64,000 bases of DNA from positions 11,545 through 75,544 of the forward strand of contig JAKPXO010000136.1 of NCBI GenBank assembly GCA_029567505.1, read 5' to 3'. Source of the DNA: Acidobacteriota bacterium (GTDB taxonomy: Bacteria > Acidobacteriota > Thermoanaerobaculia > UBA5066). Both the position numbers and the translations under genes were made by a program. Numbering within the stretch: position 1 is the stretch's first letter; every line of letters starts with the position of its first letter. Below, piece after piece: positions 9,328-18,736 of this stretch. Under the pieces are notes generated by a model. That model did not search any database. It was not told the DNA's origin and was given only the letters and a program-made list of their open reading frames with translations.

Positions 9328-10397
9328 AGGTCGTCTACCTCCTCAACGGCACCGCGCTCTGCGGCGGGGTGAAGGTCGTCTACCAGCACGTCGCGATCCT
9401 GCGCCGCCTCGGCGTCGACGCCGAGGTCGTGGCCACCACGCCGCCGAGCGACTGGGCGCCGGAGTCGTGGTCGTTCTACCGGCAGGTCCCCGACCTGACG
9501 CCGGAGGCGATCGGGCCGGCCGACGTCGCGGTCGGCACGATGTACCACACCGTTCCGCAGGCGATGGCCGTGCCGGGAGCGCGCCCCTTCCACCTCTGCC
9601 AGGCCTACGAGGCGATCTACGAGCCGGCGCGTCCGCTCTGGCCCGAGATCGAGGAGGTCTATCGCCTCCCGGCGACGAAGCTCGTCGTCTCGCCACACCT
9701 CGCGGACCTCGTGAGGGAGCTCTACGGGCAGGAAGCGATCCACATCCCCCAGCCGTTCGACGCCGACGCCTTCTCGCCGCGGAGCGGGGAGCGCCCGCAG
9801 GACGGGACGTTCCGGGTCCTCCTGACGGGGCAGTGGAGCGTCCCCTTCAAGGGGATCCCCTGGGCGACGGCGGCGCTCCGCGCGCTGAAGGCCGAGATTC
9901 CGCGGCTCCGGCTCGTCCGGATGTCGCAGGACGCTCCCGCCGAGGAGGTGGCCGCCTGGCCGGAGGCGGAACGGCACATCTGGGTGCCGCCCGCCTTCGT
10001 CCCCGACGTCTACCGGAACGTCGACCTCTTCCTTGGCCCGTCGACGGAGGTCGAGGGGTTCGGCCTGCCGACGATCGAGGCGATGTCGTGCGGCCTCCCG
10101 TCGGTCCTGACCGACATCGGGGCCTTCCGCGGCATCGACCCGGACGCGCGGGCCTCGATCCGGATCCCGGTCTTCGACGCCGGGGCGCTCCAGGCGGCGG
10201 TGCGGCGCCTCGCGGACGATCCCGGCCTCTGCGCCCGGCTCGGCCGCGAGGGACGGGAGATCGCCCGGACCTTCCACTCCGATCGGACCGGCGAGGCGCT
10301 CCTGGCGGCGTTCCGCGCGCGGCCGGCAGGCGCCGGGTCGGGTCTACGCCGGGCCGCGCGCGCGCTGGTGTCCTTCGGCCGGGGAAGCGCCGGGTGA
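9324..10397 (+). CDS. Glycosyltransferase family 4 (GT-B)
   Basis: GGVKVVYQH near the N-terminus and the GT4 motif EGFGLPTIEAMSCGLP. ATGA overlap with wzt. Confidence 0.88.
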   Translation: MKVVYLLNGTALCGGVKVVYQHVAILRRLGVDAEVVATTPPSDWAPESWSFYRQVPDLTPEAIGPADVAVGTMYHTVPQAMAVPGARPFHLCQAYEAIYEPARPLWPEIEEVYRLPATKLVVSPHLADLVRELYGQEAIHIPQPFDADAFSPRSGERPQDGTFRVLLTGQWSVPFKGIPWATAALRALKAEIPRLRLVRMSQDAPAEEVAAWPEAERHIWVPPAFVPDVYRNVDLFLGPSTEVEGFGLPTIEAMSCGLPSVLTDIGAFRGIDPDARASIRIPVFDAGALQAAVRRLADDPGLCARLGREGREIARTFHSDRTGEALLAAFRARPAGAGSGLRRAARALVSFGRGSAG

Positions 10398-10518
10398 CGG
10401 CACGGCCCCGTGGAGCGCTCGTTCGCTCGACGGGGAGACGGAGGCCCGCCGGGACGCTGGGATACCATCCTGAAGGAATGAGACGGATGCGCATCCATCG
10501 ACCCCGCGGGAGGCGCTC

Positions 10519-11439
10519 GTGGCCGACGTGAAGACGACCTGCGAGACGGTGGTCTTCTGCTCCTCTGCGGGCCACTGCCAGCTCGACTGCGACTACTGCA
10601 TCATCCATCCCGTCGTCAAACGGGAGCCGTCCCTCGCCTACGAGGACCTGCGCTTCTTCCTCGACGAGGTCGGGACGCGGACGTTCTTCATCTTCTCTGG
10701 CAAAGGGGACTTCTTCGCCGGCTACCCGAAGCGGGACCGTTTCCTCGACCGGCTCCTCGACCACGACGTCGAGGTGGCGCTCGACGTGAACGGCGTCCTC
10801 CTGAACGAGTACCCGGAGCTTTCCGAGGAGAAGCTCGCGAAGGTCCGCGCGATCAACCTGACGCTCCACTACAAGCAGGTGCGGGACAAGCGCGTCGAGA
10901 AGGCCTGGGAGGCGAACGCGCGGACGATCCTCGAGAAGCACCGGGGCGAGCTGATCCTCGGGACGATCTTCTCGCCGCTCCTCTCCGACCTCTGGGAGGA
11001 GGGGCTCGCGTATTACCGCGACACGGTCTTCGCGGCGACCAGCCGGAAGGTCTGGGCGATCCGGGACTGCGACCGGCCGTTCGACCCGGCGCAGGAGGAG
11101 CTCTTCTCGAGCCTCCTCGAGCGCTACTCCGGCATCGTGGAGAAGGAGCACAAGGACGACTTTTCCGCGCCGTTCGCCGGGAAGGAGGCGGTCCTCTGCC
11201 CGGCCGGGCGCGACTACTTCCGGATCTGGAACGACGGGCGCGTACAGGGCTGCCCCTGGATTCCCGGCCTCGCGGACCTCGGGAACGTGAAGGAGCGCCG
11301 GCTTGCGCGGCGAGCGGCCCCCTTCCGGTGTACGACACCGAGCTTCTGCGACTGCTACGACATCCACCAGCTGGGGAAGATGGGCTACGAGGACGCGACC
11401 CCGGCACTGCCCGTCCTCTCCTCCGGGACCGCGCGATGA
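10519..11439 (+). CDS. Radical SAM protein (rSAM-2), atypical
   Basis: CQLDCDYC near the N-terminus. C-terminal CPAG...GRVQGC...CTTPSFCDC. GGAGG RBS; TACCAT -10-like hexamer upstream. Confidence 0.8.
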   Translation: MADVKTTCETVVFCSSAGHCQLDCDYCIIHPVVKREPSLAYEDLRFFLDEVGTRTFFIFSGKGDFFAGYPKRDRFLDRLLDHDVEVALDVNGVLLNEYPELSEEKLAKVRAINLTLHYKQVRDKRVEKAWEANARTILEKHRGELILGTIFSPLLSDLWEEGLAYYRDTVFAATSRKVWAIRDCDRPFDPAQEELFSSLLERYSGIVEKEHKDDFSAPFAGKEAVLCPAGRDYFRIWNDGRVQGCPWIPGLADLGNVKERRLARRAAPFRCTTPSFCDCYDIHQLGKMGYEDATPALPVLSSGTAR

Positions 11440-12422
11440 GCGACGCCGTCCCGCAGGGCGCGGAGCTCGAGGTCCGCGCGCTCTTCCGGGACGAGGCGGC
11501 GGAGGCCCACGCCGAGCGGCGCGCCCGGCTCGCCTCCGACGACCCGGACCGCTGGGAGGGGATTGCCTTCCCGGTCGAGTTCGCGCTCGAGCTGGCCGCC
11601 GTCTGCAACCTCGCGTGCGTCATGTGCCCCGTGCCGACGACGAGCCGGAAGCGGCGCCTCATGGACGAGGCGCTGTTCCGGAAGAGCGTGGACGAGATCG
11701 CCTCGGAGACGGGCTTCGTCCTCTTCCCGCAGGGATTCGGAGAGCCGATGCTCCACCCGAAGTGGGCGGAGCTCCTCGCCCACGCGAAGGCGAAGGGGAT
11801 CGGGCCGATCGTCGTCCTGACGAACGGGACGCTCCTCGACGAGCGGAACGTGGCGCGGCTGCTCGACCTCGACCTCGACGCGGTGGTCGTCTCGATCGAC
11901 GGCGTCGAGCCGGAGACCTACGCGGCCGTGCGGGTCGGAGGGGACCTCGGCGTCGTCGAGGCGAACGTCCGGCGGTTCCTGGCCGCCCGCGGCGCCGCGG
12001 CGCGCCCGCGCCTCGTCCTCCGGATCATCCGGATGAAGGAGACCGCGGCCCAGATCACCGCCTTCTTTGATCGGTGGAGGCCGCTTCTCGGCCCCGCGGA
12101 CGAGATCGCGATCAACGAGTTCAACGACTGGGCCGGGAAGGTCGAGGACCGGAGCGACGCGTCGCGTCCGCAGCCGGCCGCCGCGACGGAGCGCCGCCCG
12201 CCGTGCCGGATGCTCTGGATGAACCTCTCCGTCCACGCCGACGGCAAGGTCTCGGCGTGCTGCCACGACAGCGAGGACGAGCTGATCGTCGGCGACCTCG
12301 CGAAAGGGGACACGGTCCGCGGGATCTGGGAGGGGCCGGCCCTCGCCCGCTTGCGCCGGATCCACCGCGAGGGGCGCTTCGAGGAGCTGCCGATCTGTCA
12401 CGCCTGCCGCAACCAGGCGTAG
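11436..12422 (+). CDS. Radical SAM protein with SPASM/twitch domain (rSAM-3)
   Basis: ATG at 11436 overlaps the rSAM-2 stop. CNLACVMC, GFGEPMLHP, PCRMLW, GKVSACCHD, CHAC. Confidence 0.9.
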   Translation: MSDAVPQGAELEVRALFRDEAAEAHAERRARLASDDPDRWEGIAFPVEFALELAAVCNLACVMCPVPTTSRKRRLMDEALFRKSVDEIASETGFVLFPQGFGEPMLHPKWAELLAHAKAKGIGPIVVLTNGTLLDERNVARLLDLDLDAVVVSIDGVEPETYAAVRVGGDLGVVEANVRRFLAARGAAARPRLVLRIIRMKETAAQITAFFDRWRPLLGPADEIAINEFNDWAGKVEDRSDASRPQPAAATERRPPCRMLWMNLSVHADGKVSACCHDSEDELIVGDLAKGDTVRGIWEGPALARLRRIHREGRFEELPICHACRNQA

Positions 12423-12441
12423 ACGGCCGCTCGTCGGCTCC

Positions 12442-13407
12442 TCAGAAGACGTCGTGGTCGGCGAAGCGGTAGTCGAGCGTCGCGCCCGGGGCGAGGAAGT
12501 CGAAGCCGTCGGCGATCGGGTGCATGAGGAGGACCGTGTCCGACGGCTCGGGCACGAACGCGAGCTCCCCCTCGAGACGGGACGCGAGGAGCCCTCGCTG
12601 GGGGGAGCGAAGGACCATCCGGTCCGCCGCGATCGCCCCGAGCCGCTCCTGGACCGCCGCGAGCAGGTCGACGAGCGTGCCGTCGGACTCGGAAGCGACC
12701 TGCAGGTCGACGAGGGCGGCGCGCCCCTCGCGGATCGCGACGACGGCGTACCCGCGCGATGTCCCGCGCCAGTCGAGGAGCTGGAACGTCCGGTAGGCGA
12801 AGCCGGGACGCGAGAAGCGCCAGGCGAGCGTGGGGGCCGAGCGGTCGGTCCGCCAGCCGGGCCGCGCGTGGAGGAGCTCGGCGAGCGGCTCGTGCGCGCG
12901 ACCGAACGGCTCCCCCTCGCTCACGCGGAGGAGCCGGCGCCGCAGCCGTCCGAGGAGCGGCGGTGCGTCGAGCCGGCGGCCCCGCTCCGCGCACGGCTCG
13001 GCCAGGACGCAGCCGAAGAGGCGTTCCTCGATCTTCCTCGCGCGCGCGTTCGGGAAGCCGAAGTCGAAGAGCGTCCCGGCCTCCGCGTTGATCCGCCGGA
13101 AGAGCTCGCCGAGCCGCTTGAACATCCCCGCCCGCCCGAGGGCGCGCGAGTCGGGGCGCGTCATGACGTCGACGACCGTGTTCCCCCGCTGGTCCATCGC
13201 CTCGCCCCGGTAGCGCGTCCCGAGGGCCCCGATGAAGCCGAGCGCCCGGCCGTCCTCGATCGCGAGGGCGCTGAGCGCCGGGTGGGGGTTGACGTCGTAC
13301 TTCCAGGCGAGGTCGGCGGCATTCGCCGGCGCCTTGAACGCCACCTCGAAAAGCTCCAGGATGGCGGCCCGATCGCTCTTCCCGGCCGGTCGGAATTCGA
13401 TCGCCAC
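12442..13407 (-). CDS. GNAT-family N-acyltransferase
   Basis: N-terminal FRPAG.SD..AILEL, DVMTRPDSR..G..G acetyl-CoA-loop-like segment, FGFPN motif. Confidence 0.72.
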   Translation of the reverse strand: MAIEFRPAGKSDRAAILELFEVAFKAPANAADLAWKYDVNPHPALSALAIEDGRALGFIGALGTRYRGEAMDQRGNTVVDVMTRPDSRALGRAGMFKRLGELFRRINAEAGTLFDFGFPNARARKIEERLFGCVLAEPCAERGRRLDAPPLLGRLRRRLLRVSEGEPFGRAHEPLAELLHARPGWRTDRSAPTLAWRFSRPGFAYRTFQLLDWRGTSRGYAVVAIREGRAALVDLQVASESDGTLVDLLAAVQERLGAIAADRMVLRSPQRGLLASRLEGELAFVPEPSDTVLLMHPIADGFDFLAPGATLDYRFADHDVF

Positions 13408-13430
13408 GGCGCGCGGAAGGGTACCACCCG

Positions 13431-14492
13431 ATGATCTCAGCCGTCTTCGTCTCCTATCGCAGCGCCACGCTCACCGCGCGCGCGATCGCGACGTTCCGCG
13501 AGGAGGCGCGCCGCGCCGGACGGGAGGCCGAGGCGGTCGTGGTCGTGAACTCGGGCGACGCCGCCGAGCGCGACGCCCTCGTCCCTCACGCCGACCGGGT
13601 CCTCTTCCCGCCCCGGAACCTCGGCTTCGCCGGGGGGCTGAACGCCGGGATTGCGGCCGCGCGCGGCGGGACGCTCCTCCTCGCGAACCCCGACCTCCTC
13701 TTCTGCGAGGGCTCGGTCGCGGCGCTCACCGCGGCGGTCGAAGCCGGCGGACCCGTCGCGGCCGGGCCGGCGCTCTGGGCCGACACCGCGCGGAGCGTCC
13801 TCCTTCCCCCGGCGGAGGAGGGGCGCCCCGAGGAGCTGGCGCGCCGGGCGCTCGCGGCCGACCCGGCGCGCGCGGACCGCGTCTTCCGGCGCGACGCCCG
13901 GCGGGCGGCGGCTCAGGCGGAGCGGGCCGCTGCCGGCGCGAGCGCCGTCGTCCGCGGTCTCTCCGGGGCCGCCGTCGCCGTCACCCGCGCGACGCTCGGG
14001 GCGGTCGGGCCGTTCGACGAGGGATACCCGCTCTACTACGAGGAGAACGACTGGCAGAGGCGGCTTCTCCTGCGCGGGGGCCGGCTCGTCTTCGTCGGCG
14101 GCGCGCACGTCGTCCACCTGTTCGCGCAGAGCACGAAGACCGAGCCGAGGGCCGGCTCCTGGTTCGCGGAGTCGGAGGCGAGGTACTACGCGACCCACTT
14201 CGGCGAGGTGGGGAAGAGGGGTCTCGCGCGCCTCGCCGCCTGCGCGTCGTTCGAGGCGCCGCCGCTCCCCGCCGCCGAAGGCCTCGCGTGGAGCGACCCG
14301 GCCCCGGCGGCGGTCGCGATCTCGCCGTTCCGCCACTTCCGGCCGTTCGCGCTCGCCCTCGTGCCGACCGACGAGAGGCGCTGGACGCCCCCGGCCGACC
14401 TCGCCGAGGCGCACTCCGGAGAGGCCCTCTTCCTTCGAGCCTTCGCGCGGGCGACGGGCGCCACTCTCGCCGAGGTCCGCTTCGCGGGATGA
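13431..14492 (+). CDS. Glycosyltransferase family 2
   Basis: ISAVFVSYR, NLGFAGGLNAG, ANPD, LYYEENDW. Confidence 0.85.
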   Translation: MISAVFVSYRSATLTARAIATFREEARRAGREAEAVVVVNSGDAAERDALVPHADRVLFPPRNLGFAGGLNAGIAAARGGTLLLANPDLLFCEGSVAALTAAVEAGGPVAAGPALWADTARSVLLPPAEEGRPEELARRALAADPARADRVFRRDARRAAAQAERAAAGASAVVRGLSGAAVAVTRATLGAVGPFDEGYPLYYEENDWQRRLLLRGGRLVFVGGAHVVHLFAQSTKTEPRAGSWFAESEARYYATHFGEVGKRGLARLAACASFEAPPLPAAEGLAWSDPAPAAVAISPFRHFRPFALALVPTDERRWTPPADLAEAHSGEALFLRAFARATGATLAEVRFAG

Positions 14493-14535
14493 AGCGGCGG
14501 CTCGCCGGGACCCCCGGCCGGTAGAATCGCGCCGC

Positions 14536-17500
14536 GTGGCGCCCCCTTCCCCGGATCCCTTTCCCGAGCGACGACTCCTCCCCTACGAGACGACCCGCCT
14601 CGAGGCGCGGCGCGTCCTCGTCCTGGCGCCGCATGCCGACGACGAGACGTTCGGCTGCGGCGGGGCGCTCGCCGCCCTTCTCGACGGCGGCGCGCGGCTC
14701 GACGTCCTCGTCGTGACCGACGGCGCGGGGGACGAGGCGGATACTGCGGCTCGGCGGCTCGTCGGCGAGCGGCGGCTCGAGGAGACGCGCGAGGCGCTCC
14801 GCCGGCTCGGGGGAGGAGCGGCGCGCTGCGCCTTCCTCCCGGACCGCGGGCTCGGTCTCGCCGGGGAGTCGCTCGCGGCGGCGCTCGAGGGCGAGTTCCT
14901 CGCGACGAGACCCGACCTCGTCTTCGTCCCCTCGCCGGTCGAGATCCATCCCGATCACCGCGCGGTCGCGGAGGCGTTCCTCTCCCTCTTCGCGGGCGAG
15001 GCCGGCCGTCGCTTCGCCGCCGCGCTCCCGGACGGCGCGCGCGCCGCTTTCTACGAGGTCTCCCAGCCGTTCCGTCCGAACGTCCTCGTCGACGTCTCGA
15101 GGACGGTCGCGCGCAAGGAGGCGGCCGTCGCGGCGTTCGTCTCGCAGCTCGGCGGCCACGACTACGCGGCGTTCGCGCGGGGGCTGGGGCAGTACCGGCG
15201 GATGAGCCTTCCCCGGAGCGTGGCGTCGGCGGAAGGGTTCTTCCTCGTCGCGCTCGCCCACCTGCCCTCCCTCGATCCCCTCCGCCTTGCGCGGGCGATC
15301 GGTCCGACGCTCTCCGTCGAGGAGCTCCTCCCGCCGCAGGCCCGATCGGTCGAGGAGGAGACGCCGTCCGGCGCGGCCGTCGTCGCTCCCGTCGCGGAGG
15401 CGCAGGCCCGGCCTCTCGTCAGCGTCGTCGTCCGGACGAAGGACCGTCCCGAGCTCCTCGCCGAGGCGCTCGAGAGCGTCGCGTCGGAATCGGGCGTACC
15501 GCTCGAGACGGTCGTCGTGAACGACGGCGGCGCCGACGTCGCCGACGTCCTCGCGCGGTTCCCGCAGCTCCGCCTCCGTCTCGTCGATCTCCGGCCGGGG
15601 CGTGGCCGAGCGGCGGCGGCGAACGCGGGGGTCGAGGCCGCGACCGGGCGCTTCGTCCACTTCCTCGACGACGACGACCTGCTCCTCCCGGGCGGGCTCC
15701 CGGCGCTCGCCGCGGAGGCGCGAGAGGGCGAGGTCGTCTACGGGCGCGTCGAGGCGTTCCGCTGGAGCGGGACCGGGGAGGGACGGCTCCGGACGCCGTT
15801 CCGTTCCTTCGCCGAGCCGTTCGACGAGGCGGCGCTCCTCCTCGAGAACTTCATTCCGATGAGCGCGCCTCTACTCCCGCGGGAGGCGCTGCTCGGCGCC
15901 GGCGGTCTCGACGCGGCGCTTCAGCGCTTCGAGGACTGGGACCTCTTCCTCCGCCTCTCGCAGACGCACCGCTTCCGCCTCGTCGACGTCCCCGTCTCGG
16001 AGTACCGCGTCTTCCCGGGACACTTCGTCGACGACCCCGACGCCGCGACGACGCAGGAGCGGCACCGCGTCGACGTCCTCCGCAAGCACGCCGGCCGCTA
16101 CGGGCCGGAGACGCTCTCGGCGATCCTCCTCCACGTCAAGAAGGACCTCCTGCCGAGGGAGGTCCGGCGGGAGGTCGCCGCGGTCGAGCGGCTCCTGTCG
16201 CACGCGACGGAGGAGTCGGCCCGCGAGAGGGACCGACTCGAGGCGGAGCGGACCGACGCGGAGCGCCGCGCGGGGCGGACGCTCGCGACGCGGGCCTCGG
16301 TCGTCGTCGTCAACTTCGACGGCCGGCACCACCTCGAGAAGTGTCTCCCCGCCCTCGAGGCGTCGGACCCGAAGCCGGGAGAGGTGATCCTCGTCGACAA
16401 CGGCTCGTCGGACGACAGCGTCGCGTGGGTCCGCGAGCACCACCCGGCCGTGAAGGTCCTGCCGATGGGGGCGAACCTCGGCTTCGGCGAGGCGAACCGG
16501 CGCGGCGCGCTGGAGGCGCGCGGCGACTTCCTCGTCCTCCTGAACTCCGACACGGTCGTCGAGGAGGGCTGGCTCGCGGGGCTCCTCGCGCCTCTCGAGG
16601 CGGAGCCGGAGATCGCGGCGACCTGCTCGACGCTCCGGCTCCTCGCGACGCCGGAGCTCCTGAACGGCCTCGGGGGCGGGATGACGCGCCTCGCCTACGC
16701 GTTCGACCACGGCTACCGCTTCCCGTACGCGCCGTGGCCGCCGTCGGGCGAGGAGCCGCGCTGGCACGACGTCCTCTTCCCGACAGCCGCGGCGATGGCG
16801 ATGCGCCGCCACGAGTTCTTCGGCCTCGGCGGCTTCGACCCGGCGTTCTTCATGTACCACGAGGACGTCGACCTCGGCTGGAGGCTCTGGATTCTCGGAC
16901 GGCGGGTCGTCGTCTGCCGGGACTCGGTCGTGCGGCACGCGTTCCTCGGGACCTCGAAGGCCGTCCGGGGGCTCGACTGGAGGCTGAAGCTCGGCGTCCG
17001 TCACGCCGTCCGCTCGATCCTGAAGTACGTCGAGCCGCTCGAGGCGGCGAAGGTCCTCCGGTGGCACGCGGTGGTCCTGGCACGGGCCGGCGCGTGGCGA
17101 CTCCTCGGTCACACCGTCCTCTGGAACCTCCGGCACCTGCCGGGGACGCTCCGCCTCCGCGCCGCCATGAGCGCGGGGCGGAAGCGGTCCTCGGAAGACC
17201 TCCGTCGCGCGGGCCTCGTCCTTCGGGCGCTTCAGCCGCCTCCACCGCCCGAGGCGCCGCGATTCCGCGAGGAGGGGCCCGACGCCTGGATCGTCTCGAA
17301 CGTCCTCCTCCCGGGCGAGCCCTCGGGCGAGAGCCGTCTCGGCTGGGGCTGGTACGGGCCGGAGCACGACGGGACGGCCTCGTTCCGGTGGACCGTCGGC
17401 GACGCCCGGCTCGGAATGCGTGTGGCGGCGGGAGCCGAGGGGCGCCTTCGCATCGCCGCGATCGGCAGCCCGGCCGCGCCCGCCGGTCCGCTCCGGGTGA

Positions 17501-18618
17501 CGTGCAACGGGCGCGAGGCGGAGGCGGCGCTCGAGCCGGGCGCCTGGCGCGAGGTCGAAGTCCAAGTTTCCGCGGGCGCGGACGGCCTCCTCGACGTCGT
17601 CCTCCGCTCCCCGTCCGGGGTGCCGGACGAGGTCCACGGAAGCTGGGACTTCCGCAGGCTCGGGGCCGGCGTTCGGAGCGTCGCATTCGTCCCGGCCTCG
17701 CCCGAGGAGCGTCACCCTCCCGCGAGGCTCTCCGTCGTCATCCCGACGTACGAGCGGAAGGCGGTCCTCGAGGAGACGGTTCGCGCCCTCGCGGCGCAGA
17801 GCGCCCGGCCGTTCGAGGTGATCGTCGTCGACGACGGCTCGAACGACGGGACGACGGACCTTCTCCATCGCCTCCGGGAGGAGCTCTCCGACCGTCTCGA
17901 CCTCGTCCCGCTCCGACAGCCGAACCTGAAGCAGGGGCGGGCGCGGAACCTCGGCGTGGCGCGGGCGAAGGGGGAGCTCGTCCTCTTCCTCGGGGACGAC
18001 ACGATCCCGGAGCCCGCCTGCGTCGCCGAGCACCTCGCCGCGCACGCGTCCCGTCCCGGCCCCTGTGCCGTGATCGGCTTCACCGGCTGGCACCGGGAGA
18101 AGATGCGGGTGACGCCGTTCCTCGACTTCGTCAACGGCCACGGTCCGCAGTTCTCGTTCGACCTCCTCCGCGACGGCCAGGAGGTCCCGTTCACGACGCT
18201 CTACACCTCGAACGTCTCGATCCCGCGCGAGCACCTCGGCGCCGAGCCGTTCGACCACCGCTTCACGTCGTACGGCTGGGAGGACTGCGAGCTCGGCTGG
18301 CGCCTCTCCTCGGCGGGCCTGCCGATCGTCTACCGGAAGGCCGCCGCCACCCGGCACGTCCACCCGCAGACGATGGCGCAGTTCCTGGCGCGGCAGGCGC
18401 ACGTCGGCCGGGCGATCGACGTCCTCTACGAGATCCACCCGGAGCTCGAAGGGAACCGCTGGCTCCCCCCGCCGCGTCCGCGCTTTCGCCACAGGGCCTT
18501 CTCGTTCGCGTATCGCGCCCTGGGGCGGGTCGGCGCGCTCCTCGACTCGGCCGGGGTGCCGCTCCCGCTGCGCGCCTACCACGCGCTCGTTGGGTGGGCT
18601 TTCCACTCCGGCCGCTGA
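14536..18618 (+). CDS. PIG-L de-N-acetylase fused to three GT2 domains (1360 aa)
   Basis: GTG at 14536, 8 nt after TAGAAT. PIG-L: APHADDE..G, HPDH. GT2-1: SVVVRTKDR/FLDDDD/EDWD. GT2-2: SVVVVNFDG/LNSD/MYHEDVD. GWY..E..RWT beta-domain. GT2-3: SVVIPTYER/FLGDD/YGWED. Confidence 0.88.
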   Translation: MAPPSPDPFPERRLLPYETTRLEARRVLVLAPHADDETFGCGGALAALLDGGARLDVLVVTDGAGDEADTAARRLVGERRLEETREALRRLGGGAARCAFLPDRGLGLAGESLAAALEGEFLATRPDLVFVPSPVEIHPDHRAVAEAFLSLFAGEAGRRFAAALPDGARAAFYEVSQPFRPNVLVDVSRTVARKEAAVAAFVSQLGGHDYAAFARGLGQYRRMSLPRSVASAEGFFLVALAHLPSLDPLRLARAIGPTLSVEELLPPQARSVEEETPSGAAVVAPVAEAQARPLVSVVVRTKDRPELLAEALESVASESGVPLETVVVNDGGADVADVLARFPQLRLRLVDLRPGRGRAAAANAGVEAATGRFVHFLDDDDLLLPGGLPALAAEAREGEVVYGRVEAFRWSGTGEGRLRTPFRSFAEPFDEAALLLENFIPMSAPLLPREALLGAGGLDAALQRFEDWDLFLRLSQTHRFRLVDVPVSEYRVFPGHFVDDPDAATTQERHRVDVLRKHAGRYGPETLSAILLHVKKDLLPREVRREVAAVERLLSHATEESARERDRLEAERTDAERRAGRTLATRASVVVVNFDGRHHLEKCLPALEASDPKPGEVILVDNGSSDDSVAWVREHHPAVKVLPMGANLGFGEANRRGALEARGDFLVLLNSDTVVEEGWLAGLLAPLEAEPEIAATCSTLRLLATPELLNGLGGGMTRLAYAFDHGYRFPYAPWPPSGEEPRWHDVLFPTAAAMAMRRHEFFGLGGFDPAFFMYHEDVDLGWRLWILGRRVVVCRDSVVRHAFLGTSKAVRGLDWRLKLGVRHAVRSILKYVEPLEAAKVLRWHAVVLARAGAWRLLGHTVLWNLRHLPGTLRLRAAMSAGRKRSSEDLRRAGLVLRALQPPPPPEAPRFREEGPDAWIVSNVLLPGEPSGESRLGWGWYGPEHDGTASFRWTVGDARLGMRVAAGAEGRLRIAAIGSPAAPAGPLRVTCNGREAEAALEPGAWREVEVQVSAGADGLLDVVLRSPSGVPDEVHGSWDFRRLGAGVRSVAFVPASPEERHPPARLSVVIPTYERKAVLEETVRALAAQSARPFEVIVVDDGSNDGTTDLLHRLREELSDRLDLVPLRQPNLKQGRARNLGVARAKGELVLFLGDDTIPEPACVAEHLAAHASRPGPCAVIGFTGWHREKMRVTPFLDFVNGHGPQFSFDLLRDGQEVPFTTLYTSNVSIPREHLGAEPFDHRFTSYGWEDCELGWRLSSAGLPIVYRKAAATRHVHPQTMAQFLARQAHVGRAIDVLYEIHPELEGNRWLPPPRPRFRHRAFSFAYRALGRVGALLDSAGVPLPLRAYHALVGWAFHSGR

Positions 18619-18660
18619 CCGTCCGGTCGGCGCCCGTCCCGCCGCCTGGACGGGCCGAGC

Positions 18661-18676
18661 CGGCAGGGAGATTGCT
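18661..18676 (+). promoter_or_regulatory. Candidate sigma54 -24/-12 promoter for the PEGA gene
   Basis: CGGCAGGGAGATTGCT has GG-N10-GC spacing with GGCA and TTGCT consensus bases, about 60 nt upstream of ATG 18737. Confidence 0.6.
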
Positions 18677-18736
18677 TCTGACTCGTCGAGCGGCCCACCG
18701 GTCCCTCGGGGAGGACGGGCCGCAGCGGAGGCCGCC

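Noticed and set aside
7032-12422. RiPP (ranthipeptide/sactipeptide) cluster or membrane-spanning-lipid synthase reading of the rSAMs
   Set aside because: No plausible precursor peptide, RRE domain, peptidase or B12-binding domain is visible, and the context is glycosyltransferases and Wzt.
13651-14535. 5' extension that makes the PIG-L/GT2 fusion 1655 aa
   Set aside because: It overlaps the GT2 gene in another frame and is low-complexity. GTG 14536 follows a TAGAAT hexamer and directly precedes the PIG-L domain.
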